A stretch of DNA of 64,000 nucleotides from NCBI GenBank assembly GCA_002269645.1, contig NIVC01001465.1:62001-126000 (forward strand), read 5' to 3'. This DNA is from Macrostomum lignano (taxonomy: Eukaryota). The notes under the pieces are model-generated. The model did not search any database and was not told where the DNA came from. It saw only the letters and a program-made list of their open reading frames with translations. Positions 24,411-39,400 of the stretch are shown here, piece after piece (within the stretch, counting starts at the first letter, position 1; every line of letters begins with the position of its first letter). The translations under genes were made by a program, and so were the position numbers.

Positions 24411-27057
24411 TTGTCTGTTGACTGACTGACAGCGTATTTTGTTGTTGTTTTTGTATGAAAAATATTTAGTTTAAAATGACACCGACGTTTAAAAGACGTT
24501 TTCATCCGTACTGCTTAGGACACACAGTGAAATTTTAAAAAATCAGTTTGTTTCTTCAGACTTCGTGACCTCGGATTGAATTTTCTGATTCCTAGTGATC
24601 TAAAACTAAAGAACTCTCAGACTGTTCTAGCTTAGCGCAAGTCTCGGGATTTTTCTCCAATAATTACCGGGGTGGTGGCAGCAACCTTCTTTATTCTACT
24701 CGTAAAAGTAACATTACCGTTCGGCAAATCTCCTACATTCAGCGAAATTCTCCGTATCGGCTTCACGTGCAATCCTATCTGCCCGAATTTCTGAAGGACA
24801 GCATCATCTTCAACCACTCAGCACGACCAAAGCTATTCCATCCCTTGAGCCTGAGAAACCGAGAAACTATGCAGCTGGAGCTCCCATCGCAACCTATAGT
24901 TTGTTTGAATCGACTTGGATCCCCGGAAAAAATAAAGCACCGATTCAAACGCAGCCTAAAGGACAGTCGACTGGTCACCGAATGCTATTTTCTAAGAAAC
25001 ATCATAATCAGAAATGACAGACAGAAGCAATTACCGTCTGTAATTATGAAAAAAATCATCAATTAATACGACAATAAATAGAAACTCAGAATAAAACAAT
25101 GTTAAAATAATTTTATGCACACATCGTCACACCATGGATATCCCGTATTTTAATTTTATCTACCTCGGAAATTGACTTGATTAAGTGTATTGACACAGAA
25201 TCATTACGGTGTGAACTAAAAAAACCAGAGATTTATTCAGAGATTGAAATTCTGTTTTAAGCATATTTTTGCATCATAAAAAATCAAAATCATCAAAATT
25301 ATTTGACTTTTAAATTTTCCCTCGTTAAATAATTTTGAGCGAGGTGTCGAACGGCCACACTGCAGAACTGCAGAATTTTAGTATATTTAGATGTGATTTG
25401 CCTATCCATCTAAATATACTAAATCTCTAAGGTTTGTTTGTATGCTTGTCCTATATACTAAAAATGGGCTGTCGGTAAGTATGTGGGTATGTGATCGATT
25501 TTAGTGGCTATCCGAGCTATAATTGCATATGAATAGACCAAATATGCGTACTTTCACTACAACAGCAACAGTTCATTTATCTTTTAAGTACGCCCTACTG
25601 TTTACACTGATCAGCAAATGCAAAATCTTTAAATATCTTTAAACTTAGTAGTCTAGTGCACTAATAAAAGTAGTGAAGTATTTGTTGTCTTGTCTGTTGT
25701 CTAGAGGCCTTCTGTAGGAGCGCTGCCACCAATGAAGTGTTGTTATATACTTTCCTCGATAGCGTCTTGAGCTCTCCTGGGAAGTCCTCGAGTTGATCTT
25801 GTAGCGTTGGTAGTGCTGCCACCAGCTTCGCAGAGTCGCAGCCTTCGGTGAGGTCGTAGAAGCAAATAACTAAGACGAGAGAAAGAGACTCGCACTTCTT
25901 GCAGATTTAGCAGTTCTCGCGCAGAGGTGCCCACCGTCAGCAGTCCCTGCCGGGCTAGTGCGGGGTAAGAGCGAAAGTGCTAGCTTCGGGCGATCCGAGC
26001 TGGCCTGCTAATTGATAGCAGGAACAATCAGAGGCAATCACGCGCAAAGTCGGGAGTCTTGGAGTTTAAACTTTAGCACACGCGCTGAGCGAAACGGCGG
26101 AGAGGAGAAATGGATACAGAAGAACGCGGAAACGCTTGTCTGAGCCAAGCCATGAGAGGGGCCGCATTTATAGGGAGAATCGATTGCACCATAGCACGAA
26201 AGAGCCCCGCTGAGAGTCATGGGTGACTCTGTTGCTATTTTTAGCAACAAACAAGCGGGCCCTGCCTCAGAGGAGGCAAGTGGGTCCGGGCGCACGTGAT
26301 CTCCCCATAAACACAGGCCCAGTGTACAATGATGAAATCATTGCTCTTTGGACTAAAGAAGGAAGAAGGCCTTGTCATGTGACTGGCTCAAATGACAAAG
26401 GGGAAAAGGCCCACAAGTGAAGGCACTCGTGACCGTGGGACCGGAAAACAGAATGGCACTCCAAATTTGGAGATGCCAAACAGAGAACGAAACAGAGGCA
26501 GGCCAGACCAAGCTGTCTGGGCACTGCGAAATGAGAACACGAGGCAAACGGGGCAAACGAGGACAAGCAGACAGACAGGCAAACGGGCAAGGGACAGGCC
26601 AGAGGACAGGCGGGAAGGGACAGGCAACTGCCCAGCGGCAGACAGAAGCCTGGGCGGGGCGAGGGCAACAGCTGACTAGTGCGGCGCCTAACTAAAATAG
26701 CGACTCACCACAGTAGTAAGATAGAAATACGCAAAATAAAAAGTAGAATTATTCATTAAATAAACAGTATGAAACAAATCTAATTTCGGTTATGCATGCA
26801 ACATCTAATCAGTGAATGCTAGAATGCCTGCTGGTTCTCAACATCTATTTTAGAATTATACAAAAGGTAAACATTAAACTGACAGTGACTCTAAATTTCC
26901 AGAAGTTTTCCTAATTTCCTTTTACAAAACCCCACCGGTCAAGTGTTAAGGTTAAAACCATGATCAAAAGAAACCGGTAGGACCTAAGGTCAAGCCGAAA
27001 TTTTTTATAAATACAATATAATCCGAGCTAACATATCAGACTGTGATCAGTCCCTTA

Positions 27058-29226
<2,169 letters not shown>

Positions 29227-30005
29227 GTTTCGATAACTAATTTTTCAGTTGCTAGCACTTTCTGCAATGGCAATCGAGTCCCAAAATCCTCAGGTAACGA
29301 TAGCAATTAGAGTGTTTAATATTCGAGTGAATTAGAGTTGAATAACAGAGGACAGTCTCAGCGTTCTCATCGCAGATGACTGGAACAGAAACCAGTCAGT
29401 GCGCTTGAGTGCGCTTGATAGGGAAGAAAACTCACGTATAATCTGCCACGTATCGATCGAAATAGGGTGGGTGAAGGTAGGATCATTTTTACGATGCTTT
29501 TTTGTGCAAATTCTTGCCTGGACTGGACCCGAGATTTGCAGCCTCATTTCTATATGGTCTGCGTGTGCACCAGCGGCCTTGCCGAGTTATATAAGGCTGA
29601 GGTACGCAAGGTGAGGGTTGACTCGAGAGCAAATTTTCCTGAGCACTCTCTCCCCACGACTCTCTCCCGCGTACAACGGCCGAGTCGTGTCAAGACGTGC
29701 TCAAAAGCCTTACTCTCACTCCTACTCCAAAGTACACCTATCTGCAAGCGAAGGACTCCGACTTTAGGCCTCGGGTTCTAAGTACATCTAGTCGAGCCTA
29801 TATTCATCGGTCATTATAGTTTCGCCTCTGTTTTCCTGATGCGCTCTTGCATCACCAGTGCTTGAAGTGATTATTTTGGTCACTTTGGTTTCAAGTCTAC
29901 AGATTCGGGTCCTCTTTCTGGTTGTGGTCCTAATCCGAGTGAATCTAGAGAGAAGCGTATGGGGCAGTTTATTAATTCAATTGTAGGTCTCAAAAGCACA
30001 TCACA

Positions 30006-31190
30006 TCAGCCCACGTTAGCAGCCCTGACTCGCAGCCGCATCTGCGGGTCGATGTACACCTCGTCCAGCTGCCTGGAGAGCGTGTTGTGCTCGCACATCC
30101 ACTCGCCCTGACTCCTCTCGTAGCGCAGCCTGCGGGCCGCCAGAGCTGACATCCGGTAGAACGACACGCCCTGGAAGCAGCTCTCCACCTTCACCGGCGG
30201 CAGGCTGCGCGGCGCGTCCCGAAGCGACTTCTCGTAGCTGATCACTGGGTACTTGGTGTCCTCGCCGAAGCGCTTGTTCAGGTGGAAGCTCAGCGTGCAC
30301 GGGTCGTAGAGGTGGCTGTTCTGAGTAGTATGAGCGCACAGCTGCTGCAGTTTGGGCTTGGCCGCAAAGTAGTAAAGTCCCTGGGCGATGCTGTCCAGAT
30401 CCCAGTCCTGCCAGGTGATGTCCGGGTCGATGATCAGCAGGAGCGATACCCGGTCGGCCAGGTGCTCGTAGATGTAGTCCAGGTACATGTTGCGGAGGGC
30501 GGACATGACCAGGCCGCGCTCGACCTCCTCGGTAAAGTTCCGCTTTATGTAGAAGCCGGGCACGTGCCGTCGCCCGCTGCTGTAGCGGATGTCGATGCGG
30601 CACGGCAGCGGGGAGTTGACCCGGCCGCAGCCCAGCAGCCGCACATTCGGGTCGGTCAGCGTCGTGTTGTACAGAAAGCTTCGAGTCGAGTCCGTCGAGT
30701 CGTTCTCAACCAGCACCAGCCAGGACTCGTTGAACAGAGCTCTGAGGCGTTGGATATTGCGCATGGAGCTCGGCATCCCGTCCATGCCGTTGCGCACGGT
30801 GGCCGCCACCACCACCGATTGGCTGCGGAGCCACGCCCTGCCGGCCACCACCCGGTGCAAGCGGCTCCTCTCGGCTTCGGAGAGCCGCATGAGCGGCAGC
30901 AGCCGGCCCGGCCGGTCGAAGCGGTACAGCAACTCACGCATGCGGCGGACGAGACGCCCGTATTGCTCTTGAAAGGCCCTATCGCTCTGGTTTATGCCAA
31001 AGTCAGTGCCGGCAGAGAGTGGCGCGTGAGGCGCTTTGAAACCTTTAAAACTGAAGGCTGCTGACTGAACACATATTAGCAGTAAGACGAATGCGACACC
31101 AGCTGCCGCACTAACTGTTAGGAACAGGTAGAAGATTTTCGATCGAGGACCTACGCTCCTGCAGTTTTTCAATGAAAATCCGCAGTTCAT
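30006..31190 (-). CDS. Intronless 394-aa type II membrane glycosyltransferase-like protein (GT-A-like)
   Basis: ATG at 31190; N-terminal hydrophobic anchor (FYLFLTVSAAAGVAFVLLLICV); motifs VVAATVRN, LVLVENDSTDST, LLIIDPD (DxD), PVKVESCFQGVSFYR and CEH; GC-rich, stop-free frame. Confidence 0.75.
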   Translation of the reverse strand: MNCGFSLKNCRSVGPRSKIFYLFLTVSAAAGVAFVLLLICVQSAAFSFKGFKAPHAPLSAGTDFGINQSDRAFQEQYGRLVRRMRELLYRFDRPGRLLPLMRLSEAERSRLHRVVAGRAWLRSQSVVVAATVRNGMDGMPSSMRNIQRLRALFNESWLVLVENDSTDSTRSFLYNTTLTDPNVRLLGCGRVNSPLPCRIDIRYSSGRRHVPGFYIKRNFTEEVERGLVMSALRNMYLDYIYEHLADRVSLLLIIDPDITWQDWDLDSIAQGLYYFAAKPKLQQLCAHTTQNSHLYDPCTLSFHLNKRFGEDTKYPVISYEKSLRDAPRSLPPVKVESCFQGVSFYRMSALAARRLRYERSQGEWMCEHNTLSRQLDEVYIDPQMRLRVRAANVG

Positions 31191-31529
31191 TTTTATGGCC
31201 GAACGGCTTTTTGCTGAAAACTTTCGATATGGTCTTTCTCTGGATAGAAATATTCAATAAAGTTGATAGTGAAGCGAGCACATCACACTGCCGGATTCTA
31301 GTGTCTTTCAACACTCGTTTTTTCTCTCAGCAGATGGGATGATTCCAAATTTAGAAACAGAATTTCTTGCCCCTCCGCCAATGGGATTTCGTGCAGCCAG
31401 TTCAAAGAGCAGCGGGGAGGGGTTGCTGCTGTGCGAGCATGAGCACCGGCCTGCATCCTCCTCGAAAAAGCGGAGGACAGTAAGCAGAAGGACAGTTTGC
31501 TGTCCTCAGACCGCTGTCTTTCAGTTGCA

Positions 31530-31910
31530 GTCCTCAAGTCGCTGTCCTTGAGTCGCTGTGCTCGAGTCGCTGTCCTCGAGTCGCTGTGCTCGAGTCACTG
31601 TCCTCGAGTCGCTGTGCTCGAGTCGCTGTCCTCGAGTCGCTGTCCTCGAGTCGCTGTCCTCGAGTCGCTGTCCTCGAGTCTCTGTATTCGAGTCGCTGTG
31701 CTTGAGTCGCTGTCCTCGAGTCGCTGTCCTCGAATCGCTGTCCTCGAGTCTCTGTATTCGAGTCGCTGTGCTTGAGTCGCTGTCCTCGAGTCGCTGTCCT
31801 CGAGTCGCTGTGCTTGAGTCGCTGTGCTTGAGTCGCTGTGCTTGAGTCGCTGTGCTTGAGTCTCTGTATTCGAGTCGCTGTCCTCGAGTCTCTGTATTCG
31901 AGTCGCTGAC
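31530..31910. repeat. 14-bp-based repeat (CTCGAGTCGCTGTC/G)
   Basis: Tandem units upstream of the glycosyltransferase-like gene. Confidence 0.9.
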
Positions 31911-33496
31911 TTCATGTCGCCGTCGTCATGCCGCTGTCGGTGTGCAAAAAAACAGATAAAAAAGCCACTTTGAACAATTAGCCTAAAGCGTCATAAAGGA
32001 CAAAGGAAAATTACAGGGCAGCAAAGCCCCTGAGCTCGTCAAAAGAGATCAAAATCAAAATAATACGAAACCTTTTTATTTAGTAAAGCATAAATCTCTG
32101 TCTTTGCTTTTCTCTCCAACGTCAGTACGCATGCTTAGGTGCATCCTTGAACTCTGCTGAAATTACTCTAGGTAGGGCTTCCACAGGCAGGCTGCTTGTA
32201 GAACACTGCTTGTAATAAGTACTCGAAATAATTTAATGGGTTGTAGAGACATATGCGTGAAGGTATTAGCTTTCCCAAAAAATTAAACCGAAGTAACGAA
32301 TGTGATACGACCTAATAGAGTAATCTAGAAAGACTGTTCTACATGTTTTGCTTGGCACACATGGCGAAGTTGTTCGAATATCCTGTGTCTGTCTGGCCGA
32401 CGATCTCACAAGAAAGCCTCCTTTTATACGTTTAAATTATCACCGCGTATCGGAACCTGCTTGAGTGATGCTCATTATTGTAATAAATTGTATTTGCAGT
32501 GCAGAAACGCTTGGCCCTCCACGTAGGGCGGGAGCGCCTATATATATTTGGGCCTTCATTCCTCAGCCATTCATGTGCGGCCACGTGGGCATAACAGGCA
32601 TAAAAGGGGGAGGTAAGCTGGGGGTACAGAGTACAATAAGTGAGCACAGTGCGCGAGCACCTGGCACTGCTAGGCACCCCGTTTAACAACAGCAAGTGAG
32701 TGCAGGGCTGCGGCATGACAAATATATTCAACTGCAGAGATACATTAAAAAATGCTACTGTAAGTAGAGTAACGCAAAAAGTTGCAGCAGAAGTTAAACT
32801 TGAATCATGTTAATGCGTATAACGCAAAAGATGAACCTGTAGAGGTCTCCAAACATAGTAGCCTACTAAAAGTAATAAGATAAAACTATGAATACAAGTT
32901 TAAAAATAACTATGCGTCATACTCTATTTTTTGTAATATCACGCAAACAGCGAGTGACTATGCTATTGTTCGAAAAACCGGTTCTCGACATCTATTTTTA
33001 GAACTTTCAAATAAGGTAAATGTTAACCTGAATGCGACATAATTCTCACCCTTTTCTATTCAAAACCCACCTATCAAATAATAAAATTTCTTTCGTGAAC
33101 TCAAAAAACCGGTTCTGAGCTCAAGGTCGACTCAAGGCCGACAAATGGTGTATAAATACAAACGCAAAATCCGAGCTGAAATCTCAGACTCGGAGCAGCC
33201 TCCAAAGATCTCGGGCTTTGCAAGAGCAGCCAAACGAGGCTATATCTCTGAGGAAGAGATTAAATACCAATTGGTAAGCTTTGAGGCCTCCCTTTTCCTA
33301 AGGGATTGGATAGGATCTGCGGACCGATTCCGATACCCTTAGAGGATTATCGAGTTATTGATTTTGGATTATCCTAGATTAACCGATAGGAGCACACGAC
33401 TCCGATTCCGTTAGTTCTAGAAGAAGACACCCTTTCTGGAGGACCTCGTATTGTTATAGAAGTTGATTTTGTTATTAGGGCGCATCGTTGATATTG

Positions 33497-36400
33497 ATTT
33501 CTGCACTCGAGGAATACATTGAATTCTGCACTCGAGGAATACATTGAATTCTGCACTCGAGGAATACATTGAATTCTGCACTCGAGGAATACATTGAATT
33601 CTGCACTCGAGGAATACATTGAATTCTGCACTCGAGGAATACATTGATTTCTGCACTCGAGGAATACATTGAATTCTGCACTCGAGGAATACATTGATTT
33701 CTGCACTCGAGGAATACATTGAATTCTGCACTCGAGAAATACATTGATTTCTGCACTCGAGGAATACATTGAATTCTGCACTCGAGGAATACATTGAATT
33801 CTGCACTCGAGGAATACATTGATTTCTGCACTCGAGGAATACATTGATTTCTGCACTCGAGAAATACATTGATTTCTGCACTCGAGGAATACATTGAATT
33901 CTGCACTCGAGGAATACATTGATTTCTGCACTCGAGGAATACATTGATTTCTGCACTCGAGAAATACATTGATTTCTGCACTCGAGGAATACATTGAATT
34001 CTGCACTCGAGAAATACATTGATTTCTGCACTCGAAGAATACATTGAATTCTGCACTCGAGGAATACATTGATTTCTGCACTCGATGAATACATTGATTT
34101 CTGCACTCGAAGAATACATTGATTTCTGCACTCGAAGAATACATTGATTTCTGCACTCGAGGAATACATTGAATTCTGCACTCGAAGAATACATTGAATT
34201 CTGCACTCGAGGAATACATTGAATTCTGCACTCGAGGAATACATTGAATTCTGCACTCGAGGAATACATTGAATTCTGCACTCGAGGAATACATTGAATT
34301 CGGCACTCGAGGAATACATTGATTTCTGCACTCGAGGAATACATTGATTTCTGCACTCGAGGAATACATTTATTTCTGCACTCGAGGAATACATTGATTT
34401 CTGCACTCGAGAAATACATTGATTTCTGCACTCGAAGAATACATTGAATTCTGCACTCGAGGAATACATTGATTTCTGCACTCGAGGAATACATTGAATT
34501 CTGCACTCGAGGAATACATTGAATTCTGCACTCGAGGAATACATTGATTTCTGCACTCGAGGAATACATTGATTTCTGCACTCGAGGAATACATTGAATT
34601 CTGCACTCGAGGAATACATTGATTTCTGCACTCGAGGAATACATTGATTTCTGCACTCGAGGAATACATTGATTTCTGCACTCGAGGAATACATTGAATT
34701 CTGCACTCGAGGAATACATTGATTTCTGCACTCGAGGAATACATTGATTTCTGCACTCGAGGAATACATTGATTTCTGCACTCAAGGAATATACATTGAT
34801 TTCTGCACTCGAGGAATACATTGATTTCTGCACTCGAGGAATACATTGAATTCTGCACTTGAGGAACATATTGATTTCTGCACTCGAGGAATACATTGAT
34901 TTCTGCACTCGAGGAATACATTGATTTCTGCACTCGAGGAATACATTGATTTCTGCACTCGAGGAATACATTGATTTCTGCACTCGAGGAATACATTGAA
35001 TTCTGCACTCGAAGAATACATTGATTTCTGCACTCGAGGAATACATTGAATTCTGCACTCGAGGAATAAATGAATTCTGCACTCGAGGAATACATTGAAT
35101 TCTGCACTCGAGGAATACATTGATTTCTGCACTCGAGGAATATATTGATTTCTGCACTCGAGGAATACATTGATTTCTGCACTCGAGGAATACATTGAAT
35201 TCTGCACTCGAGGAATACATTGAATTCTGCACTCGAGGAATACATTGAATTCTGCACTCGAGGAATACATTGATTTCTGCACTCGAGGAATACATTGATT
35301 TCGGCACTCGAGGAATACATTGATTTCGGCACTCGAGGAATACATTGAATTCTGCACTCGAGGAATACATTGAATTCTGCACTCGAGGAATACATTGAAT
35401 TCTGCACTCGAGGAATACATTGATTTCTGCACTCGAGGAATACATTGAATTCTGCACTCGAGGAATACATTGAATTCTGCACTCGAGGAATACATTGATT
35501 TCTGCACTCGAGGAATACATTGATTTCTGCACTCGAGGAATACATTGAATTCTGCACTCGAGGAATACATTGATTTCTGCACTCGAGGAATACATTGAAT
35601 TCTGCACCGAAGGAATACATTGAATTCTGCACTCGAGGAATACATTGATTTCTGCACTCGAGGAATACATTGATTTCTGCACTCGAGGAATACATTGATT
35701 TCGGCACTCGAGGAATACATTGAATTCTGCACTCGAGGAATACATTGAATTCTGCACTCGAGAAATACATTGATTTCTGCACTCGAGAAATACATTGATT
35801 TCTGCACTCGAGGAATACATTGAATTCTGCACTCGAAGGAATACATTGATTTCTGCACTCGAGGAATACATTGATTTCTGCACTCGAGGAATACATTGAA
35901 TTCTGCACTCGAGGAATACATTGAATTCTGCACTCGAGAATACATTGAATTCTGCACTCGAGGAATACATTGAATTCTGCACTCGAGGAATACATTGAAT
36001 TCTGCACTCGAGGAATACATTGATTTCTGCACTCGAGGAATACATTGAATTCTGCACTCGAGGAATACATTGAATTCTGCACTCGAGGAATACATTGATT
36101 TCTGCACTCGAGGAATACATTGATTTCTGCACTCGAGGAATACATTGATTTCTGCACTCGAGGAATACATTGATTTCTGCACTCGAGGAATACATTGAAT
36201 TCTGCACTCGAGAAATACATTGATTTCTGCACTCGAGGAATACATTGATTTCTGCACTCGAGGAATACATTGATTTCTGCACTCGAGGAATACATTGATT
36301 TCTGCACTCGAGGAATACATTGATTTCTGCACTCGAAGAATACATTGAATTCTGCACTCGAGGAATACATTGAATTCTGCACTCGAGGAATACATTGATT

Positions 36401-39400
36401 TCTGCACTCGAGGAATACATTGATTTCTGCACTCGAGAAATACATTGATTTCTGCACTCGAGGAATACATTGAATTCTGCACTCGAGAATACATTGATTT
36501 CTGCACTCGAAGAATACATTGAATTCTGCACTCGAGGAATACATTGATTTCTGCACTCGAGAATACATTGATTTCTGCACTCGAAGAATACATTGATTTC
36601 TGCACTCGAGAATACATTGATTTCTGCACTCGAGGAATACATTGAATTCTGCACTCGAGAATACATTGAATTCTGCACTCGAGGAATACATTGAATTCTG
36701 CACTCGAGGAATACATTGAATTCTGCACTCGAGGAATACATTGAATTCTGCACTCGAGGAATACATTGAATTCTGCACTCGAGGAATACATTGATTTCTG
36801 CACTCGAGGAATACATTGATTTCTGCACTCGAGGAATACATTGATTTCTGCACTCGAGGAATACATTGATTTCTGCACTCGAGAATACATTGATTTCTGC
36901 ACTCGAGAATACATTGAATTCTGCACTCGAGGAATACATTGATTTCTGCACTCGAGGAATACATTGAATTCTGCACTCGAGGAATACATTGATTTCTGCA
37001 CTCGAGGAATACATTGATTTCTGCACTCGAGGAATACATTGATTTCTGCACTCGAGGAATACATTGAATTCTGCACTCGAGGAATACATTGATTTCTGCA
37101 CTCGAGGAATACATTGATTTCTGCACTCGAGGAATACATTGATTTCTGCACTCGAGGAATACATTGAATTCTGCACTCGAGGAATACATTGATTTCTGCA
37201 CTCGAGGAATACATTGATTTCTGCACTCGAGGAATACATTGATTTCTGCACTCGAGGAATACATTGATTCTGCACTCGAGGAATACATTGATTTCTGCAC
37301 TCGAGGAATACATTGAATTCTGCACTCGAGGAATACATTGATTTCTGCACTCGAGGAATACATTGATTTCTGCACTCGAGGAATACATTGATTTCTGCAC
37401 TCGAGGAATACATTGATTTCTGCACTCGAGGAATACATTGATTTCTGCACTCGAGGAATACATTGAATTCTGCACTCGAGGAATACATTGATTTCTGCAC
37501 TCGAGGAATACATTGAATTCTGCACTCGAGGAATACATTGAATTCTGCACTCGAGGAATACATTGAATTCTGCACTCGAGGAATACATTGATTTCTGCAC
37601 TCGAGGAATACATTGATTTCTGCACTCGAGGAATACATTGATTTCTGCACTCGAGGAATACATTGAATTCTGCACTCGAGGAATACATTGAATTCTGCAC
37701 TCGAGGAATACATTGAATTCTGCACTCGAGGAATACATTGATTTCTGCACTCGAGGAATACATTGATTTCGGCACTCGAGGAATACATTGATTCTGCACT
37801 CGAGGAATACATTGAATTCTGCACTCGAGGAATACATTGAATTCTGCACTCGAGGAATACATTGATTCTGCACTCGAGGAATACATTGATTTCTGCACTC
37901 GAGGAATACATTGAATTCTGCACTCGAGGAATACATTGAATTCTGCACTCGAGGAATACATTGATTTCTGCACTCGAGGAATACATTGATTTCTGCACTC
38001 GAGGAATACATTGATTTCTGCACTCGAGGAATACATTGATTTCTGCACTCGAGGAATACATTGAATTCTGCACTCGAGGAATACATTGAATTCTGCACTC
38101 GAGGAATACATTGATTTCTGCACTCGAGGAATACATTGATTTCTGCACTCGAGGAATACATTGATTTCTGCACTCGAGGAATACATTGAATTCTGCACTC
38201 GAGGAATACATTGAATTCTGCACTCGAGAAATACATTGATTTCTGCACTCGAGGAATACATTGATTTCTGCACTCGAGGAATACATTGAATTCTGCACTC
38301 GAGGAATACATTGATTTCTGCACTCGAGGAATACATTGATTTCTGCACTCGAGGAATACATTGAATTCTGCACTCGAGGAATACATTGATTTCTGCACTC
38401 GAGGAATACATTGATTTCTGCACTCGAGGAATACATTGAATTCTGCACTCGAGGAATACATTGATTTCTGCACTCGAGGAATACATTGATTTCTGCACTC
38501 GAGGAATACATTGAATTCTGCACTCGAGGAATACATTGATTTCTGCACTCGAGGAATACATTGATTTCTGCACTCGAGGAATACATTGATTTCTGCACTC
38601 GAGGAATACATTGATTTCTGCACTCGAGGAATACATTGATTTCTGCACTCGAGGAATACATTGATTTCTGCACTCGAGGAATACATTGATTTCTGCACTC
38701 GAGGAATACATTGATTTCTGCACTCGAGGAATACATTGATTTCTGCACTCGAGGAATACATTGATTTCTGCACTCGAGGAATACATTGATTTCTGCACTC
38801 GAGGAATACATTGATTTCTGCACTCGAGGAATACATTGATTTCTGCACTCGAGGAATACATTGATTTCTGCACTCGAGGAATACATTGATTTCTGCACTC
38901 GAGGAATACATTGATTTCTGCACTCGAGGAATACATTGATTTCTGCACTCGAGGAATACATTGATTTCTGCACTCGAGGAATACATTGATTTCTGCACTC
39001 GAGGAATACATTGATTTCTGCACTCGAGGAATACATTGATTTCTGCACTCGAGGAATACATTGATTCTGCACTCGAGGAATACATTGATTTCTGCACTCG
39101 AGGAATACATTGATTTCTGCACTCGAGGAATACATTGATTTCTGCACTCGAGGAATACATTGAATTCTGCACTCGAGGAATACATTGATTTCTGCACTCG
39201 AGGAATACATTGAATTCTGCACTCGAGGAATACATTGAATTCTGCACTCGAGGAATACATTGAATTCTGCACTCGAGGAATACATTGAATTCTGCACTCG
39301 AGGAATACATTGATTTCTGCACTCGAGAAATACATTGATTTCTGCACTCGAGGAATACATTGATTTCTGCACTCGAGGAATACATTGATTTCTGCACTCG

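Noticed and set aside
24632-26700. Short ORFs at 24.6-25.0 kb and 25.7-26.7 kb as possible exons
   Set aside because: No recognisable motif and no consistent splice-phase chain could be built.
29332-29781. Possible exon(s) next to the AGTT array
   Set aside because: Donor-like sites exist on both strands, but there is no identifiable protein similarity, so no call can be supported.
33300-33500. Mitochondrial insertion (NUMT) read with the flatworm mitochondrial code
   Set aside because: Trial translation with TGA=W and AGR=S still gave stops and no recognisable mitochondrial protein.
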